This document shows positions 1 through 15,239 of a DNA stretch of 64,000 nt, one piece after another; the stretch's first letter is position 1; each line of letters begins with the position of its first letter. The notes below the pieces were generated by a model. That model was not told the DNA's origin. It saw only the letters and a list, made by a program, of their open reading frames with translations, and did no database searches. Location: positions 80,724,001-80,788,000 of the forward strand of contig NC_042999.1 in the NCBI RefSeq assembly GCF_006345805.1, in the 5' to 3' direction. The position numbers and the translations under genes are program-made. The DNA comes from Octopus sinensis. Its lineage: Eukaryota.

Positions 1-234
1 AGTTACTTTGTCTAACTACCAAGATATCTTCGCTGAAATGGATACATGTTTTTAAATTTTTCACTTCGATATTCCACAACATAACATTCTAATTATAATT
101 CCTGTAAGTTTGCAAAATTGTCCACAATAACATTACCTAGTAATTGTTTCTAGTTACAAAAGTTGTTCACGTATGAAATACTTCCACTAACAATCGAAGC
201 GATCAGCACGATTGATAATATTATAGAACACCAT

Positions 235-410
235 AAGGTGGCGAGCTGGCAAAATCATTAGCAGGCCGGGCGCAATACTTAATGGCATTTAGTCCGTTTT
301 TACGTTCTCATTTCAAATACCGCTGAGTTCGACTTCGTATTTCCTCCTTGAAGAGTCGATAAAATCAGTACTACCTGAATACTAGAGTCGAAATACTTGA
401 CTTACTCGCT
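235..410 (+). mobile_element. tRNA-derived SINE, family B (decayed)
   Basis: Head GGCGAGCTGGCAAAATCATTAGCA, degenerate B-box; aligns by eye with copies at 8061, 24435, 37756, 40257. Confidence 0.75.
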
Positions 411-568
411 CAACCGAAATTACTACCCTTGTGCCAAAATTTGAATTTAATATCATAGAACACCATCTAATGTTTTTTTTATCTCTTTACTATATATACA
501 TTCTTACAAAGAAACACATATATTCTACTTTTATGAATTATGTGAATGATTTATATATATATATATAT

Positions 569-997
569 AGGCGTAGGAGTGGCTGTATGGTAAGTAGCTT
601 GCTTACGAACCACATGGTTCCGGGTTCAGTCCCACTGCGTGGCATCTTGGGCAAGTGTCTTCTACTATAGTCTCGGGCCAACCAAAGCCTTGTGAGTGGA
701 TTTGGTAGACGGAAACTAAAAGAAGCCTGTCGTATATATGTATAATATATATGTATGTGTGTGTGTATATGTTTGTGTATCTGTGTCTGTGTTTGTACCT
801 GCCAACATCACTTGACAACTGATGCTGGTGTGTTTACGTCCCCGTAACTTAGCAGTTCGGCAAAAGGGACCGATACATTAAGTACTAGGCTTACAAAGAA
901 CAAGTCCTGGGGTCGATTTGCTCGACTAAAGGCGGTGCTCCAGCATGGCCACAGTCAAATGACTGAAACAAGTAACAGAGTAAAAGAGTAAAGAGAT
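569..997 (+). mobile_element. tRNA-derived CORE-type SINE, family A, near full length
   Basis: A-box TGGCTGTATGGTAAG, B-box GGTTCAGTCCC, CORE-like GGGCAAGTGTCTTCTACTATAG, internal TA/TG tract, 3' end CCAGCATGGCCACAGTC...GAAACAAGTAA; matches 54257-54753. Confidence 0.85.
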
Positions 998-1826
998 AGT
1001 ATATATACATATATATTGTAAATATATTGATTAGTCATGACTGGAATGCATTAATATTATCTTCTTTAATTGTAGAGTATTGAAATGCAGATAGCGCATA
1101 TAAAAATATAACATTATTAAACTGTTAAAGTCGTTGTGTTCGATATCATAAATTAAGTTTATAAAATTTTAGAATATTTGCTTCAGCAAACCTATGATTA
1201 CAGACATGGGTTCATTTTGTACCCTCCAACAGCAACGAGTAAGCATGTTGCATTAAATAAAACAGATTATCACCTTTATTACACTGAATTTCAGGAACCA
1301 TATATCGATGTGATTGAATATTGAAATTGCTGGCTTATAAAGTTATTCGACATTTCATCACCGATAATAACGAAGATTGTAATGTTGATTAATTAGAGGG
1401 TTACAAGATAATTTGAGACAATTTGCTTGTAAGAGAATGTTAAGAAAAAGGCAAAAGCAGGGAGAAAATTGGGAATGAGTAAAGAGATACAGATGCTTAC
1501 AGAGCGATGGAGAAAGATATCAATATAAGATCTTTATTTTTATCGCAAGTGCTAAAAAAAGTATGAAAAAGGCAGTTTTTATTGAAATTAGAAACGAAAG
1601 TGTATGACAAGAGGCAGTGAAGATTGGGGAAGCGTAACAAAGACAGAATGGAAATAAGTATATCGAAGAAATGATATACTTGTAATAGACAAGTGTACCA
1701 TTGCTTCATAGATAGTTGGCATTATGACATATGCCTGATTCTGCGGACTGGAATGAAGAAACAAATAACGAAGGAGATAGAATACAGAATAAAAACAAGA
1801 AACATTAAGACAAAGAACGTATGTGC

Positions 1827-1827
<1 letters not shown>

Positions 1828-1918
<91 letters not shown>

Positions 1919-1923
1919 TATAC

Positions 1924-1977
<54 letters not shown>

Positions 1978-2026
1978 AAATATAAATATAGATATGTATA
2001 TGTATGTATATGTATATATATATATA

Positions 2027-2078
<52 letters not shown>
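1828..2078. repeat. (AT)n microsatellite
   Basis: Directly visible. Confidence 0.98.
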
Positions 2079-2080
<2 letters not shown>

Positions 2081-3231
2081 TGCGCGAATGTGAATACATG
2101 AGTGTCCATGTGAAGTGATACTTATCGAGGAAGCAATTAAAGGTAACTTAAAAGTTAAAATAATATGAAATCGAATAAAATTATAAAAAATGTTTATTAA
2201 GAATAAAAGGAAAATATACGAATATGCAATAAAATAACAATGAAATTAGAAAGAATTTATAAAATTACAGGAAAAATAATAAGACATAATAAACATACTT
2301 TAAAACAACATAAAAAACAATGCAATGCGGAAACAAAAATTTTACAATAAATGTATTAAGAATGTAATAGAATAAAATATAAAATAAATATAAGAAAAAT
2401 AAAAAACAATGAAATAAAATGAAAAGTAAAAACTCATAAGCAATATGAAGACATAATAAAATTCAATAAATGTACAATAAAAACAACAAAAATGCAATGA
2501 ACATTAAAATACTATAAACAATATACAAATGTAATGACTACAATATTAATAAATTTACATCATAAATACAAGTATAATAAACCTACAAAAATGACATTTT
2601 AAAAATACGATAAAAAATGTACCATAAAATGTATATTTGATATTATAGGAAAAATTGAGTACATTTTCCTGTAATGGGAAACGAGCCATCATACTATTGA
2701 TGGCTCGTCTGAATAACATAGGAGGAGAGTGAAGGAGATGATGGGTATAAGAAATGTAGCAGTTGGAGGAGAATAATCTTGAGAAAAGGAAAATACTAGT
2801 AAATAAGAAGAGAAAGAAAAAAAACAAACAAACAAAAGAATGCTGAACAGGAAAGTGACACTTGTATTTACCTTAAAGTGAAATAGCTGATTGGTATTTA
2901 AAAAACAATAAATTTATAGCATTAAATTAAGATACATTTGGCATGTACACATTTTTTTTGTTTTTGTTGGAGTACTTTAGTGTATTCAGAATAGAGCCAA
3001 AAGATATCATTTCAGTTTATTTTTATTCTTCTGAGAAGTAATTTTGAAATACATTTAGCAGCGCAGGAGCCTTAGATCGAAAACGCCCGTTAGAATAAGC
3101 ATTATGAATAAATGGAATGTACGAATAGTGCCTAGAGAATTTTCATGGAAATTCAAAGAAATTCCACGCAAAAAATTGAGGTGCAATTAATCTGTTGGTA
3201 GAAAAAGTATTTTGGAGTAAATTTGTTTATT

Positions 3232-3420
3232 CCTTTATTCTTTTACTTGTTTCACTCATTTAATTGGAGCACCACCTTTAAGGGTTTACGTTAAATAAAT
3301 CTATGCCAGGACTTATTTTTCAGTCTAGTACTTATTCTATCGTTCACTCTTTCCGAACCTTTAAGTTACGGGAATCCAAAGGAACCAACATCAGTTGCCG
3401 AGCTGGGATTGGGGGGGGGG
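3232..3420 (-). mobile_element. Family A SINE, 3' fragment
   Basis: Reverse complement of the 3' half of 569-997. Confidence 0.7.
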
Positions 3421-4601
3421 AGATACACAGGCATGAATATATACATGCATACGTCATATATATATAATATATATATCAAATGTAAGTAAGATTCAGTTCA
3501 ATTAGGTACTTAAATTGAAGCATCTCGTTAGGTCGGAATAATATATACACACAACAATATTATGTAAATATCAAACTTGGTACTCAAATACCTGCCGAAT
3601 GATAATCATGTAGTGTAGGTAGACAGTTAGACCCTGTTGAGTGAAGAAATCCGATGTTGACCTATTCAGATGGTCTTTACGAAAGGTAGATTCCGAGAAA
3701 GGTGAATAAAATAAAATAAGTAACAGTAGAGGTAAAGGTGTCAATCCATTAAGGCCCTTTCCAATGACTCCGTTAATTGATGACTGTAAACATTACATCA
3801 TTATAAAGAAACAGTTTTCGTCAGATGCATTAATGAACTTGAAAATAAAGAACATTGAACATGAATTAACATAGTTTAAAAACTTCAGAGCAAAGCATTT
3901 ACAGTAATTCTGATACTATTTCAGTTGATTCTGTGAATTGTCTTTTATTTAAAAATAATTGTCAACACAATTCGACATGATATTTATGCTGAAAGCAGGT
4001 TATATAAAATCTGATTTCTTTATTAATAAAATACTGTAGATAGGACAGTGTCCATGCGTTTCTAGAATGAATACAAAAAAATGCTAGTGAGGTTGCGAAG
4101 TCTCTGAAGATTTGACTTGACAGTAGCAATTGTAGCGACTTTCCTATATGATTTATTGCTAAATGTACGTAAGATACCTTAGCAGATATTCACCTGTTTT
4201 GTTTTACTTTGTATGAGTAGGAAGAGAGAGTGAGACTTCTATTATTTAAGTATCTTAGAATACCCGTGAGGTTTCCTTTTAGTTTCACACTTCTATTCAC
4301 GAAATATATCATGATATGGAAAATTTACGAAAAAGGAAATTATTTCTGTATTTTTTAACTTTAAATATATTACTAAAACTAAATCACCAAAAGTAAATTT
4401 TCTTTCCAGTACGAAAAACAGAAACTATCTATAGTTTTAAAAATAACAGTGTCTATTAAAGACATTTACAGATAAGATGTGAACTTTGCAGCTCTTTATA
4501 ATCTGTCGTCAGGCGTAATAAGGATGTGAAACAAATTTCTACATTAAAACTTCTACTATATTAAGTTGAATAATTATTATCAAACTCACATTAGAGACAC
4601 A

Positions 4602-4638
4602 GTCTTACCTATCTATCTATCTATCAATCAATCAATCA

Positions 4639-4700
<62 letters not shown>
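4602..4700. repeat. (CTAT)n microsatellite
   Basis: Directly visible. Confidence 0.97.
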
Positions 4701-4720
<20 letters not shown>

Positions 4721-4919
4721 ACATATGTATATGTGCATATATATGCATTCATAAATACATATAACTTACTTACTTGTACTCGTGGCGACATTCACGCTGG
4801 GCGGGTTGACTCGGCTTCTTCTACCACCCTCGAGGCATATCGAGGAAGAAGTTTCGTGGGAATATGTGGATTTCACAAGCGGTCCCCAACAATCCCGTGT
4901 GTAGATATATATAAACACA

Positions 4920-4953
<34 letters not shown>

Positions 4954-4976
4954 ACACACACACACACACACACACA

Positions 4977-5021
<45 letters not shown>

Positions 5022-6009
5022 TCATATGTATGTGCATTCATGCGAATGTGTGTGTATGTGTGTGTGTGTACGTGTGTGTGTATGATGTGGATCTATAGAC
5101 ACTATGACGGAGATATTGGTCCTTGCTGATCATGTAGTCTCAGTTTCCCTCTTGCGGCGAGGAACCATGTCAAACCTTGTTATTATCTTAAGCTTCGCAG
5201 TAATACGTAAAATCTGTTGAGAAGATGTGTATATGAAACGGTGATGCATCTCACTGAATAACTGTATCCGTAATTCAATGGTTTGTCTTGTGACATACGC
5301 CAATTCTAATCCAGAATTAAATTGCGGGTTAAATATATGTGTGAATTAGTTCAAAAACTACTGGGAAATTCCCTTGTGTGAATTAGTTTGATTGATCAAA
5401 TCCTTAGCAATGCACATAACCAGAAATTAATATCATATTTAAATTTCGAGAACATTATCTGCAGCTTGTAAATTGCTAGTTAAAAATTTCTATACTGAGA
5501 AGTAATTCTTATAGTCCCTTAAACATGGCTATTCCTTGGGAACCGAAGATGACAAAAAACAAGTCGAACCCGTACGGTCTGGTGGTCTCGTGGCTGGGAG
5601 ATGATGAGGGTTCACACATCTGGTGGCAGTATAAATCGGGCGCAGATTGCTTCTAATAACGAGCTACAGCAAGCGTTCACCTGGGGTTAAAAATAACAGT
5701 AACGTCGGTCCCATCTTAACAACCAACAATTTAAGTGACAATAGATATTACTTCTCAATACGCCGCCTGTTAATTAGAGACAGAAGGTAGATCGGCTCTT
5801 CAGAATAGATTGGCGCTCAGTGGACATTTATCAACGAACTGAACAAACTGCCCTAAAACCTGAGAAATCTACACTCTCAAACACAAATGCAAACATACAT
5901 ATATGATATGTTTATAGATACACACACACACACATATGAATAGGAATAGATTTTCTCAGAATCTCACGTATGTGGACGAACACCAAACACCTTCGCTCCA
6001 CTCCAAGAG

Positions 6010-6640
6010 AATTAGGAAAAGGAAATAATCTGGTATAAGCCCCCATTTAACCTAGATGTTTCTACCATCGTAGCCAGGGGATTCCTGTCATTAATACAGA
6101 AACATTTACCTAGAAGCCAAAAGTATTAGAAACTCTTCAAATCCAATAATCTGAAGGTAAGCTATGTCTGCTTAGACAACATTGCACGCATCAGCAGACG
6201 TAAAATCGCAACCTGGAACAACCGAAACCTTACTACCAGACTTCTTGGAGGATCCTGCCTCTGAATGGCTGTAGTATACAGAGCCACCCTTACACCATCC
6301 AATGGCATTATCAGGCGCTGTATGGGCATGACAGACAATGACATCAAGGGAAGATACTGCTAGCACTTGTATTCATTTAGATCTACAGATAAAGAGAACA
6401 CCGCTTGCCTGACACACTTTCTTTGGAAACTTCGTGATCTCCGAGAAGAAATACCAAGTATCAAGTGAACTATTATCCACAAGGTGCCATCATATTCACC
6501 CGGCGCCCCTAATTGCCAGCTGTGATTCCGCGAAAATCTGCATATCATCTACCAACACGCAGTATCCACCAACAAGACACATGAGATATCGTATTGCTGT
6601 CATTAGAGGTACACACTTGTAAATTTCAAGCCACTGGCCC
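6010..6640 (+). pseudogene. Decayed Penelope-like element C-terminus (linker plus GIY-YIG endonuclease)
   Basis: Manual translation RKRxIIWYKPPFN...KVSYVCLDNI...VVYRATL...CMGMTDNDIKGRY..H..SF...K.TIIHKVPSY...CQL; several stops; same layout as 59610-60758. Confidence 0.85.
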
Positions 6641-6779
6641 CCGACAACCGGAATGTACCTCCTTAGTACCAGTCAACCCTAGCACTCCAAGTACAAAGGT
6701 CACATTAATGAAATCACCGCTAAGAGCAGTACCGCAAATTACTTATCGCCAACATATCTTCATGCCTGTCTACCTGCAT

Positions 6780-7262
6780 ACACTCACTCCCTGTACATCA
6801 GCCCTTGTGCATGACCACACGATTATATGTGTGTGCCCGCATGTGTGCGACTGCGCATATGCATGCCTCACCGTATGCATGCGCACATATTGTGATGAGG
6901 GGTGTACATGTCTGTGCTTACGCGCCCATGTACATGGCCACCCCTGCCTGTGTATGCATGTATACGTGCATACTTGTGTGCTCGCGCGCGTGTGCGGGTG
7001 CTCGTGAGCACATGTATATGGAGATAAAGGTGTGTACGCGTGTGTGCATGTATCTTTGTGTGCGTGTATCTGCGTGTGTATATATGCGCACGTCTGTGCG
7101 TTTGTACATTCGTGTGTGTATGTATATGTGCGTGTATGTGCGCATTTTCCCGCGCGTGCACTGATGTGTGAATTTACATCGAAGCAAACATACGCACTCA
7201 TATACGTACGGATGCATACACGGAGATATATTGACATATACATGTATATGTATACATATATA
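6780..7262. repeat. Degenerate (TG/CA)n low-complexity tract
   Basis: Alternating purine-pyrimidine sequence. Confidence 0.9.
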
Positions 7263-7694
7263 CCCCTACGTCTACCACCGCTTCCTTCTTCCAACAACAT
7301 GATAGATATTTTTTACACGACGCGGTTGATATCCTGTTCGCCACCCGGTCGACTTCCTGGTTACCATGCAGTATTTTCCAACTAATTGTTATTGCTGAAA
7401 TACGAACATCAAACCGCTATGCCGCATCGGGCAATCGCAGACTAACCAATCGCAGTAGTAAATATCTACTCACTACAACCGAACTGTCATTCAATCCCCG
7501 ATGATCTAAGACTAGCCACTCGGTTGAAACACAGAGGAACCAAGGAGTGTTTTGATCTATATATGTAACTCCCAATAAATGTGCTGAATGCCTTTCTTTC
7601 GTTTCTCTAATCCACTAGTATGCAAGTTATGCATGAAAGAAACCAAATTCAAAGTTACTTCTGAAGAAAGAATCACAAACATGCTCACTCAGTG

Positions 7695-7738
<44 letters not shown>

Positions 7739-7754
7739 ATCTTTTATCCTTTAT

Positions 7755-8060
7755 CTTTTTAACTTTTACTTGTTTCAGTCATTAAACTACAGCCATGCTG
7801 GAGCACAGCCTTGAACAGTTCTTGTCGAACGTAATCACCCCAGTACTTATTATTTTTGTAATGCTTGGTACTTGATCTATCGTTCCCTTTTGCCGAATTA
7901 CTAAGCTACGCGAACATAAACACACCAGGGCCGGTTGTCAAGCGGTAGTGGAGGGAGAACCGAGACTCCGACATACACACGCGCGCGTGCGGCCTTGCAC
8001 GCGCGCATATTTATACGATGGGCTTATTTCAGTTTCTGTCTATTAAATCCCCTCACAAGT
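7755..8060 (-). mobile_element. Family A SINE, cut off by an adjacent family B SINE
   Basis: Reverse-complement match to 3' and middle of 569-997; homology stops at 8060. Confidence 0.8.
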
Positions 8061-8292
8061 CTGGCAGAAACGTTAGCACGCCGGGCGAAATACGTAGCCG
8101 TATTTCGTCTGCCGTTACGCTCTGGGTTCAAATTCCGCCGAGGTCGACTTTGCCTTTCATCCTTTCGGGGTCGATAAATTAAGTACCAGTTACGCACTGG
8201 GGTTGATGTAATCGACTTAATCCGTTTGTCTGTCCTTGTCTGTCCTTGTTTGTCCCCTCTGTGTTTAGCCCCTTGTGGGTAGTAAATAAATA
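8061..8292 (+). mobile_element. Family B SINE, well preserved
   Basis: CTGGCAGAAACGTTAGCACGCCGGGCG...GGTTCAAATTCC (B-box)...GGGGTCGATAAATTAAGTACCAG. Confidence 0.85.
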
Positions 8293-8492
8293 TATTGTAG
8301 GAGACAGTTACCCATGTTGTCAGGCAATGGGGAGTAAGGTGCTTCTCACACAGCCAAAGTGCACCTAAATATCGAGATGCTTACAGAATATAAATTTCCG
8401 AAGCGGTCAACCAACTAAATACTGACAACACGCCAGATTACTTTCAGCGTGATATTATCATATATATATACATACATACATACATACATACA

Positions 8493-8526
<34 letters not shown>

Positions 8527-8540
8527 CATATACATATATA

Positions 8541-8611
<71 letters not shown>

Positions 8612-8761
8612 GGGAGTTTACGAAAAACAAAACAAAAGACGAAGACAGGTGGTGTACAAAACAAACAGACGTATTAGTATAACGCAAGGCGAGAGAAAAA
8701 TTGTGTGTAGTGACTAACGATCTATCATGGCGTCTCTCTCTCTCTCCCTCTCTCTCTCTCT

Positions 8762-8792
<31 letters not shown>

Positions 8793-8799
8793 TAGGCAA

Positions 8800-8901
<102 letters not shown>

Positions 8902-9282
8902 GCAATGAATTTGACAAAGTAAATTGTCGAGGGTAAGTAATCCATGTAGGCAGCAAATTTGCTTTCCGCTGACTGTCCATTTTGTAAGAACAAACAGCGA
9001 ATAAGTTCATTATAAAGTCACAGAGTAGAGTACGAAAATTACGGACCATATAATCAGATTAAATCTGTTTCAGGTAGATTTGTTAATACCAGAATTCTTC
9101 GATGGATATTAATCATTCACATATTTTACAGGCTTAAATTCTATAGAGTTAGAGACATTAAATTCCGTCCTGTCCTTATCTAAGCATATATACATAGCCA
9201 CATATATACACACACGCAGACACAAAAACATACACACACAAAAACATACACAAAAACACACACACACGCACGCACATATATA

Positions 9283-9430
9283 TGATGGGCTTCTTTTCAG
9301 TTTCCTTGCACCTAGCTCAGTCACAATGGTTTTGGTTAGCCCGAGGTTATAGTACAAGTTACTTGCCAAATGTGCAACGCAGGGGGACTGAAACCCGAAA
9401 CCATATGGTTGGGAAATAAACTTCCCAACA
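9283..9430 (-). mobile_element. Family A SINE, 5' half
   Basis: Reverse complement of head and CORE-like part. Confidence 0.7.
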
Positions 9431-9448
9431 CTTATCTCTCTCTGTTTC

Positions 9449-9529
<81 letters not shown>

Positions 9530-10179
9530 GTGTATGTATTAATGTACACATGAATGTATTTTTGTATACATATACATTTTTATAAGTAAATACATAGAAA
9601 CATATTATATATATATATATGTATACATATACACAAATATTTATAGTTATACACGTATATACGCATACAAACACACCCACACAAGCACACGCTCATACGC
9701 CGCACATGCACACACGTATATATATTTATATATATATATATATATATTAATCTTCAAATCTTTTTCACAATGATGCCTATATGTATATACGTATATGAAA
9801 ATATTTTCAAAGAAACACGTATCCGAAAGAAATGCCGCAGAGCAACAATGACTCACTGCAAAATAGCAAAGGATACAAAAGCAGCAGCTGAATGAAAATA
9901 TTTGAAGGGGCACGTCAGTGTTTGCTCATTGTTTGTTCAATGTCGTGATTAACTTTGTAATTATACAACTAATATCATCACGCTGAGTGCACTAATTATA
10001 GAACAGCTCACAGCTATTGTAAATCATGATAAACTGGGATTTCTTTTATTGGATGAGTTTTGAGGATGTATATACATGCGCGCGTGCATATTTGTGAATG
10101 TGTATATTCATGTATAGAAATGCATATCATATACATACATATACACATACTTATACAAACACGTACACACACAACGCAA

Positions 10180-11790
10180 GGTCAAATGCACAGCTAGAGC
10201 AGCTCAAAGCACCGGACCCTACCCAAAGTCTTAGTTTATGGAATATCAGCAGCGCTTGTCAAATGACCTTGCTCTGGGGATAAACCTCGATGACAACGAA
10301 TATCTAGGAATGTCGGGTACCCAAGCGTGCCCTACCTACCAGCTACTCCCAACTGATCTGGAGTACTACTAAGTACCAAAAGAAGTAGTCACACTCATAA
10401 CGTTCCACATGGATTCGCTGGTAATTGAGTTTACCGTGGAAAATTTCACGGGTAATTCACAGTGATTAGCAAAATGTTTTATGGCAGGGTTCAGAAGTTG
10501 TAGCAGCCATGAAGCCACTGCTAGCGGTAGACGGGAATCAGTCAGAAGGTTTGAAAACTGATGGAAGCAGAGGATATCAAGTTTGCAGAGCGTTTATGGA
10601 TAACGTAATGGTTATAACACTATCGGTCGAAGGGGCACAGCGGATATTGAGCTTATTGGAAAAGATAGCCACATGATCACGCCTGAAATTAAAGCCAACC
10701 CAGCGAAATCTCGGAGCCTGAATATCCGTAAAGGAAATCTTACAAATTATACCGTCAGCATTCAGGACTCTGGGATCCCGACAGTCCAAGAAAACGGATT
10801 TTGCTGCCCTTTGAAAAGCTACGATCGTATTTATAAGGTTATTGGCAATGCTGAAGACAGCAAAACCCGAGTCTAGTTTCAAAGCAAGTACCACATTGGT
10901 TATAGTGCAAGTGTTCCGTGATACAAATGAAGAAGATCGATTTGGAGAAAGCAGAATGGTTTGCACCCCAGGTGCAAGAAGGCAGAGGCAAGTATAGACA
11001 TGGCAAGGTTCTTGCAGAAATTGACAATTAGACTGATTTGTAAAGAGTGAAGGTTAACAAATACCAGCCACCACCACAACAACAACCATCGATGGGTATC
11101 AAATTCCTAAAGGAATGAAACAAAGCTCACAAGGTGAAAGCAATGGGAGAGGCCACGTCTTTTTCTATTCTGCGTTCAACTTCAAACTGAATGATGGAAG
11201 TGAACTTGCAAGGCAGACTCGTCTTTCTAGGGGAGATAGTGGTAAGTCACTTAGAGCAGACATATTCCTGCTCTTCAGGAATACAAAATTGATCATCGTG
11301 GTCTAACTCATTGTGATCTGGGAAAACAGACTCGATATGTCCCTGCACGTAAAGAAATTGAAATATCAGAACTTAGTCGTCGAGGCCCTAGTCAAGTACT
11401 GGCATACAATCTCATTCTCCATTGAATTCGGCTGCCGTAGCTTTCCATCCGCGTGAATAAGCTATTTCCGGCAGGACATAGGTCTGGAACCCAGACAACT
11501 GAAGAAAACCATGAGGGAAATTCGCCCAATATGTGAAACTAGCTCGAAATGGTTACGGTAGATAAGAATCCATACGTGCAACTCTTCGGTAGGTGAAAAC
11601 TAGCTCAGTCCTCACTGCCACACACAAGTGAATTGTACAGGCTAAGGGCCCAAATGTCTGTGACCCCGAGATACCTACTAATGATGCAGATGTGTTTCTA
11701 GTATTGCAATGGACTAAGAAGGGCTTCCAAAACCTCTGAGCAGCTTCTCCAGTGTCTTCGTGGAGTAAAGCATCCCTGATGTTTATTTCC
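10180..11790 (+). mobile_element. Decayed Hero/NeSL-like non-LTR retrotransposon (RT plus restriction-like endonuclease)
   Basis: CRAFMDNV (RT motif C), KPAKSRSLNIRKG, IPTVQE, then ADIFL...LIV.WEN...KKLKYQNL...IEFGCRSF; many stops and frameshifts. Confidence 0.75.
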
Positions 11791-11819
11791 TCTCCCCACC
11801 TATCTCTATACATATATCC

Positions 11820-11902
<83 letters not shown>

Positions 11903-13841
11903 GTATTGGCCTGCTCGCTTAGCCAGCGGGGTGGCGTCATTTGATGGCTAAAACAATGCGAAGTGCATTGTGACCAGCGATGTGTAACAACACCTGATAG
12001 CCTGGTTAGTCACAGTGATATATACATATATATGGTGGCTCTTTAATTGCATAAACAGCTAAAATGTAACTGATTTGTCTGATCCGCACTATAGGAATAG
12101 TTAGCTCGATATTTGTATGCTGACTAGGTTAAATAAATTTGCAGTTTTAGTAATGAAGGTATGCCATAAGTTTATATCTTTTCTTTTGATAATACCAAAA
12201 CATGTTAAATCGGTAAGATATTTAATTAAATAACGATACAGTAGGTTGATATATATATAGAAACAGGACTGAGAAATCACAACTAAATATACAAATGAAG
12301 TATTTGTAGGACACGTAAGACAAAAATAAATTGAGGAAATGCTATTTCGTTTTTCATTGCCAGTTTGTGATACTTTGCGCCTTTTTTAAAGTGGACAACG
12401 ACAAAGCTAAACGAGTGTTATGTTTTTGATCCACAACAAATCGTATTTCATGATGCACATTTAAAGATTGGAAGCATTTAGCTCATGTAAAATAAAAATC
12501 TGAATCCCCAGCTAAGATGTCATGAAGACCACGATTTTAAATTCTGAACAAGGCATATGATAACCTTATTAAATCATATTTCTTTCCTTGATTAAGATAT
12601 TACCGACAAATTCTTCTCTGAAATATGTTGAGCAGAACTCCAATTCCATTGAAACGTCTCTGAATATTAACACACGTCTCAGTTTCGGACAGATCTATCC
12701 GCCATTAATTATCCGTTAATTTAAATTGAAAGGACAGAAATTCTACTTTAATATTTTTCATATTTATTAGTGTGGCAATATGATACACCGTAGATTAAGG
12801 TGACTGAGTATAATCAATATGTCAGGCAACAAAGATTATGCATCGTATCCACAACATTGTTCGTATAGAAAGGTATCATCTTTAACACAGTTTATTCTTC
12901 TTCAGTAAGTGTTAAGAAGTCCTGTTGAAATGTCTGAATCACAACTATTTCTCCCAAATGTATATCGTGTTTTGTGTAGCGCTCAGTTATTGTTCACTTA
13001 TTTCCTCAACATGTTACATTATTAGTTACGTTAACACCATCGAATGTTAATGCTCTAAGCACTTTGTTGACTTAAAAACTTTTAACTCTTTGTTATAGGT
13101 ATAACATGACTTTGGTGCAATTTACTGATAGTTGGAAGTCAACAGATAAGTATCTTCAACTAGTAGGTACAATTTATCGACTACTTACCTTATAGTAAGG
13201 AGAACAATTATTCCAAAGACTACAGATAATATTTTATGTTTAAAATGTAATTGACTTGATACATACAGATAATTTACAAAACGTAGTTTCCAAAATTTTC
13301 CTGCAAGTCAAATGCATGTTGGAAGTTTTGTAAACCTGCATAGAGAAAACACAGTAAAGCATAATAATCTCCGGCATATTCAGGAAATTAGGGCAAACAT
13401 TAAATATATGAAGCATAGAAGGCATTTATAGCTACAAAATAAATTACATACACTTGATATATATATTTAATAAATGTGAAAGTAATTAATAGTACATTTT
13501 GTACTACGCAGGCATAAAACATGTTTCTATGTGCATGGTGATTGTGTGTGCTGCATGTCAGTGATAATGTTAATGGCGAGAGAAATTGCATGATTGATGT
13601 CGATATAAATAATATTGAAAGAAGATTCACATTTTCAACATGCTTGTAATTAAATTAATGCATTACAAATGTAAATTTATGCAAATGTGATGCTGAGTGC
13701 AACCACGTTAACGCAACGCACGACATCAAATATTCTAAATTTACGAAATTCCAAGTAATTAACCAGACATTTAAATACGTTTGGACTACATGATGTTTAG
13801 AGAGTTTGTTAAAAACGCCATGAAGCGATATATGCATCTAT

Positions 13842-13852
13842 ATGTGTGTGTA

Positions 13853-13943
<91 letters not shown>
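13842..13943. repeat. (TG)n microsatellite
   Basis: Directly visible. Confidence 0.98.
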
Positions 13944-13944
<1 letters not shown>

Positions 13945-15042
13945 CAGAATAAAACTGAATCTTCTCCTGTGATGCGTTCCGGAGGAAACGACTTCGTTGC
14001 AGGAAATGCAGATTAGCCAGTAATATCTAACTCTCTCGTTCACCAAATGCCAGATAACAGAGGAGGTTTGGTGGTTTCAAGTAGCAAACGTGTAGCAAGG
14101 CTAATGGTGGTTCCCTAGCATGACCGCAGCTTTCAGGCAAAGATTATAAATATAACCTTTGTCACCACCTTCTAATCTTAACTCCACACTTGTAATTGTT
14201 TAAACTTTTTGTCTCATTAATTATACTGTTATCTTTACATCTTTTCGTTGATTTTCTGATTTCTTGTAACCCTCACACATTTCCCTCATTCACATCCCAC
14301 TCAATTCCACTCACTCTAAATCACTGAGCTGTACCCTGCACTGCTCGACTATTTACACAAATCTTCTATGGACAAATTTCCCCAACTCTTTCTCTTTTCT
14401 GAACTCCTTCCCGCAGAACTGCCTTTCCAACCGACCCCTAAACCCTCTTATACTTAGATGGCTAAATATCATTTCTTTTCTACATGAACTGATTTTCTGA
14501 AGATCTACTGTAGTCTGCTACTTGATAAATGTTAGGTTGGATGTCTTCACACATGCATAAATACATACATAGACATACATACATACACAGAAATATAGAT
14601 GAATAGATAGATATACAACGGGTTTCTTTCAATGAGGATTTGGTAGGTCTAGTCTCATAGAAGAAGACACTTGCCTAAGTTACCACATCCATGCCTGTTC
14701 GCACTAAATACAATAGTGATAACGTAAATTTGCGTACATCTTAGCATACGAGTGCTCACACGTACATATCCAAATACATATACACTAGCACATAAGCACC
14801 CATATGTACGCATATGTGTGTCTGTGTTTGTATGTTTTATGAGAACGGTAAAGATACATTTTTGTTTTTACTTTCACAAACACGCACGTGGTACTAATTA
14901 TTTTGATGACACTTATAGCATACTTGTTTGAAGAGGATTAATTATTAATACTAAGTCTAATTAAAAGATAGGTACGGCGGAAAGGGAAAGAAAATTTGAA
15001 CCAACGCTAAAATGAGGGTCTCTCTAACAGTATACAATAAAG

Positions 15043-15088
<46 letters not shown>

Positions 15089-15239
15089 ATATATATATAT
15101 ATATAATATATATATATATATATTATATATATACAAATATAAAATGTACTGGTCCGTGATAGAAAATTCAACAACGGAGGCACTCCATCTGGTAAGAGAT
15201 AAATTTTATTTGTTTAAAGGAGATAAAACACGTCTTTAA

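Noticed and set aside
569-650. SINE heads as tRNA genes (also 48400 and 53231)
   Set aside because: A/B boxes run into SINE bodies; no complete cloverleaf.
1693-2109. ORF-track proteins rich in YI, HT, CV, N or LS repeats here and throughout
   Set aside because: Translations of microsatellites; no domain motifs.
5338-5388. 14-bp direct repeat flanking an NF-kB-like GGGAAATTCCC
   Set aside because: Single motif with no gene context; chance or micro-duplication.
6262-6525. In-frame TGA at a conserved Cys (CQL*), suggesting a selenoprotein PLE as in some Naiad elements
   Set aside because: The frame also has TAG stops (6127, 6361, 6604) and a TGA at a conserved Trp (6466); ordinary decay explains it.
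7490-7540. CCGAUGA...GAAAC downstream of the 6-kb PLE relic
   Set aside because: Mutated core and no convincing stems.
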